Both the position numbers and the translations under genes were made by a program. The notes under the pieces were generated by a model, which saw only the letters and a program-made list of their open reading frames with translations, was not told the origin of the DNA and did no database searches. This document shows, in pieces, positions 63,331 through 64,000 of a stretch of 64,000 nt of DNA. The DNA is from Escherichia phage dune, in the sequence record MN850636.1; one strand, 5' to 3'. How positions within the stretch are numbered: position 1 is the stretch's first letter; the number at the start of each line of letters is the position of its first letter.

Positions 63331-63879
63331 ATGGAAAAAGATAACTTAAAAGATGTTGAAGGTAACTATCTAGTACTTGACTGGAGTGATGTTCGAGAAG
63401 CACTCTCCGAAGAAAATCTTGACTGGTTCGAACAAATTATCTTTGCAGTACGGCATAACAGAGAAGTTGAAAATGGTAAAGAGCCACTTGAAGGAATCTT
63501 TGTAGAAAGGTCTTATCCGTTCTATGAAGACACTTTACAGAAAGTTAAAATGTACTTTAAACAGAAGAACCGTAAAGTGGTCACTATGGTATCTCTTGGT
63601 GGACAGAGTATGTCTGTGATGGAAGATATCAACCCTAAGAGACCGAGCAAAGGTGTCTGTATAAAAATCACAGGGCATGAAGAGTATATCTCAGTGGACG
63701 ATTTTAGTGCATTCTGTAATGGCTCTTGTGTCTTTAATGGTTTTCACTATGATATCCGAGTGTACCCAATCAAGGGAGATGATATCATGATGCAGATATT
63801 CGATAACAACAATGGATTTACTCATTTTTATCAGACAACCAAGTCATCATTAAAAACAGTTCTGGAAACACTGATTTAA
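63331..63879 (+). CDS. Hypothetical protein (~182 aa)
   Basis: ORF track; internal ATG after previous stop. Confidence 0.45.
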   Translation: MEKDNLKDVEGNYLVLDWSDVREALSEENLDWFEQIIFAVRHNREVENGKEPLEGIFVERSYPFYEDTLQKVKMYFKQKNRKVVTMVSLGGQSMSVMEDINPKRPSKGVCIKITGHEEYISVDDFSAFCNGSCVFNGFHYDIRVYPIKGDDIMMQIFDNNNGFTHFYQTTKSSLKTVLETLI

Positions 63880-63889
63880 AATATCTTAA

Positions 63890-63917
63890 GAGCCTCCTTA
63901 ATTGGGGGCTTTTTAAT
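63890..63917 (+). terminator. Putative rho-independent terminator
   Basis: AGCCTCC...GGGGGCT imperfect stem followed by TTTTTAATTTTT. Confidence 0.4.
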
Positions 63918-64000
63918 TTTTATAAAATTTTATCGGTTGTCCCAACCTCTGGGTCACCATCATATGTGAATAAAATATCTACCCTTCTTAACAACCTTCT

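Overview
This window reads as a lytic, tRNA-rich myovirus segment with a mosaic gene content, and I did not find a CRISPR array, an rRNA gene or an integrase. From the left, a minus-strand block carries ribonucleotide reductase genes (nrdA, nrdB, a glutaredoxin-like gene), homing-endonuclease-like genes, and a T7-like replication set (5'-3' exonuclease, acidic-tailed SSB candidate, primase-helicase, dNMP kinase). A plus-strand block follows with a family A DNA polymerase, a second HNH endonuclease, an ATP-dependent ligase, DHFR and a thymidylate-synthase homolog. The middle is a minus-strand virion module: two tail fibers, P2/Mu-like baseplate, tape measure, chaperone pair with a -1 frameshift site, tube, sheath, connectors, lambda-E-like capsid, protease-scaffold, portal and large terminase. 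A ~4.9 kb minus-strand array of 26 hand-folded tRNA candidates (anticodons for all 20 amino acids) sits between the terminase and a vWA-domain gene; the right end holds small early-type ORFs, an Ig-like repeat protein and a GH24 endolysin. The candidates I would look at first are (1) the vWA/MIDAS protein heading a tRNA operon that also contains a family of non-tRNA structured repeats, and (2) two repeat arrays of GT-rich tracts plus covarying hairpins that flank a two-gene cassette. All calls are by eye from motifs and the six-frame track; tRNA isotypes and distant homologies need tool confirmation. The overall combination resembles Felix O1-like myoviruses, but that is an inference.
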